Source: Amoebophrya sp. A120 (Eukaryota; Protista; Dinoflagellata). From it: a DNA stretch of 64,000 bases. The translations under genes were made by a program, and so were the position numbers. The notes beneath the pieces are model-generated. The model saw only the letters and a list, made by a program, of their open reading frames with translations, made no database searches and was not told the DNA's origin. Positions within the stretch are counted from its first letter, which is position 1. Each line of letters opens with the position of its first letter. The DNA is taken from NCBI GenBank assembly GCA_905178155.1, contig CAJINV010000006.1:1365876-1429875 (forward strand). The letters are read 5' to 3'. This document shows positions 62,449-64,000 of the stretch, piece after piece.

Positions 62449-62618
62449 TATGTTGAGACATGCATTACAAAAGAAGTACCGTACTAGTAGAAATCGCATG
62501 ACAAATAATTTTCTCGTTGTGAGAATTGCAATTTGGAATGCGGATTCGTCTTCAGGTACAGTTTTGTCTTGCATGATTGCGATTGGTACGAGTATACGAT
62601 GCTTTTACATAATGCATA
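62449..62618. mobile_element. Decayed F2 introner
   Basis: AAGTACCGTACTAGTA...TACGATGCTTTT..GCATA and internal motifs; DR unclear. Confidence 0.55.
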
Positions 62619-64000
62619 TTTATGAGAAACGTTGCACGTATTGTCGTGGTGGTCCACGACTTGATGTGCCGAAAAAAAGCGGAAGGAAGGACACCGGTTT
62701 CGTTACCAGGTGCAGATAAACCCTTACCCTACTTCCCATTAATACAAAGGTGTTTGGCTGCAGAAAAGATGAAACTTGCGTCTGTCGGGCGCCAGCGAAG
62801 GAGGTGAACACCGTTCGATTTCTACGTCATCTGTCGGGCAGGACTTTTGGGTAGAAGATGAGAAGAAGTACCGTGTTCATGTGCTCCTCGTCAAAGATTT
62901 GGCTTTACGCACACACTTTATGCCCCCGTCGGTATTTTGTGCTATTCCTATTTCTCGATCTAGGTCAGGTCGAGATCAGTAAATGCAGTGGAAGATGAGA
63001 GAGGCTCTCCTCCGCTAGCGATATTATGTAAATGCAAAGATCTTCGATACAGCGTCTCAGTCTAGTAGCTCGAGTTCCGAAGGTGCGGTAAAAACAAAAT
63101 CCCTGCTCTCGATTCAAATGAAGATCGGCCGTCCTCGTGTCGCAGCTCAAAAATTGCGATATACCAAGCCTCGTCGGTTGAAACAAATTTGAGCTCTGTG
63201 GAGGTGCAACGAACTGCATTTTTCGCAAAATATTAAATCATCGAAAAATAGATCGCGATCTGTCGAAATCATAACGATCGAGACCGTCTGTGATCACGAA
63301 GATCAGGAAGTTTCGCATCTTCGTTGCAGTCGTGAACCTCAAAAGTAACGTAAAAAACCCCAGTGGCTGTAAACAAGATAAAAAAGTCGACGTGTAGCGT
63401 ATTCCCTATTTCTTCATCCTTGCTTATTTGTATCAGTTTTACGAAGCCCTGCATTCACCCTTCCTGTGTTCTTGCGTAGATCGAAGCACTTTGGACGGCA
63501 TTCGTACTCTTTTAAGAGCACCAGCTGCACACTGGTCGCTTGATATTTTCCACTTATAAATTTCGCAGCTCTTGATTATTTTTCGTTGTGTGATATTTAT
63601 GAAGTAGTATGGTTTATTGCGCACCAGTTGTTGTAACTGTACTAGCTCTAGCTGTTACGTACCCATTTTAGAATTTTTTTTTGGCCTTTGAGTATTACAG
63701 CGACATAAGAAGTGACAACATAGAATCAATTCTTTTTCTCCTCTTCAAAATTTATCGAGCTTCTTTCTCGATTCATCACAAGTCAGTTTGCACCACTATT
63801 AAAGAGCGGCGCTTTATTTCATCAAGTAACTCTCGAATAAACGAAAAAAGTGCATCGGTACGGAAAATCTCAACAGCATAAAACTTGCTCATGTTCAGCT
63901 TCAGCATAGGGAAGTACATGTAAGAAAACCGAATTTAAGGATACGGTTTCAGTTTCTGTAAAAGCATCCTTATCCTTCTCACACACAGGACGACGTCGAG

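Noticed and set aside
1-64000. Autonomous transposase for the introners, or a dinoflagellate spliced-leader copy
   Set aside because: I recognised no DDE or tyrosine-recombinase ORF and no CCGTAGCCATTTTGGCTCAAG in the window.

Overview
Eukaryotic genomic DNA, most likely (inference) from a syndinian dinoflagellate such as Amoebophrya. Seven long + strand genes are interrupted by about 78 short (129-370 bp, one 1009 bp) introner-like elements that mostly lack GT-AG ends. Each element starts TA(T), usually ends (A)TA, has terminal inverted repeats (TIRs; at least 8 families) and sits between 5-bp direct repeats (DRs). I checked by hand that removing each element plus one DR copy restores a continuous frame in every gene. 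The genes are an ABCG-type transporter C-terminus, two giant paralogous proteins (1706 and 3249 aa) and four unknown proteins. All TIR families share an internal TTGTNATGC/GCATNACAA motif. The window also holds an endonuclease-less Penelope-like RT element with 38-bp terminal direct repeats and a CCCH zinc-finger ORF, a repeat-rich insertion nested inside an introner, a mosaic of duplicated gene fragments, and a candidate structured ncRNA. The gene models are sequence-based reconstructions with no transcript evidence.
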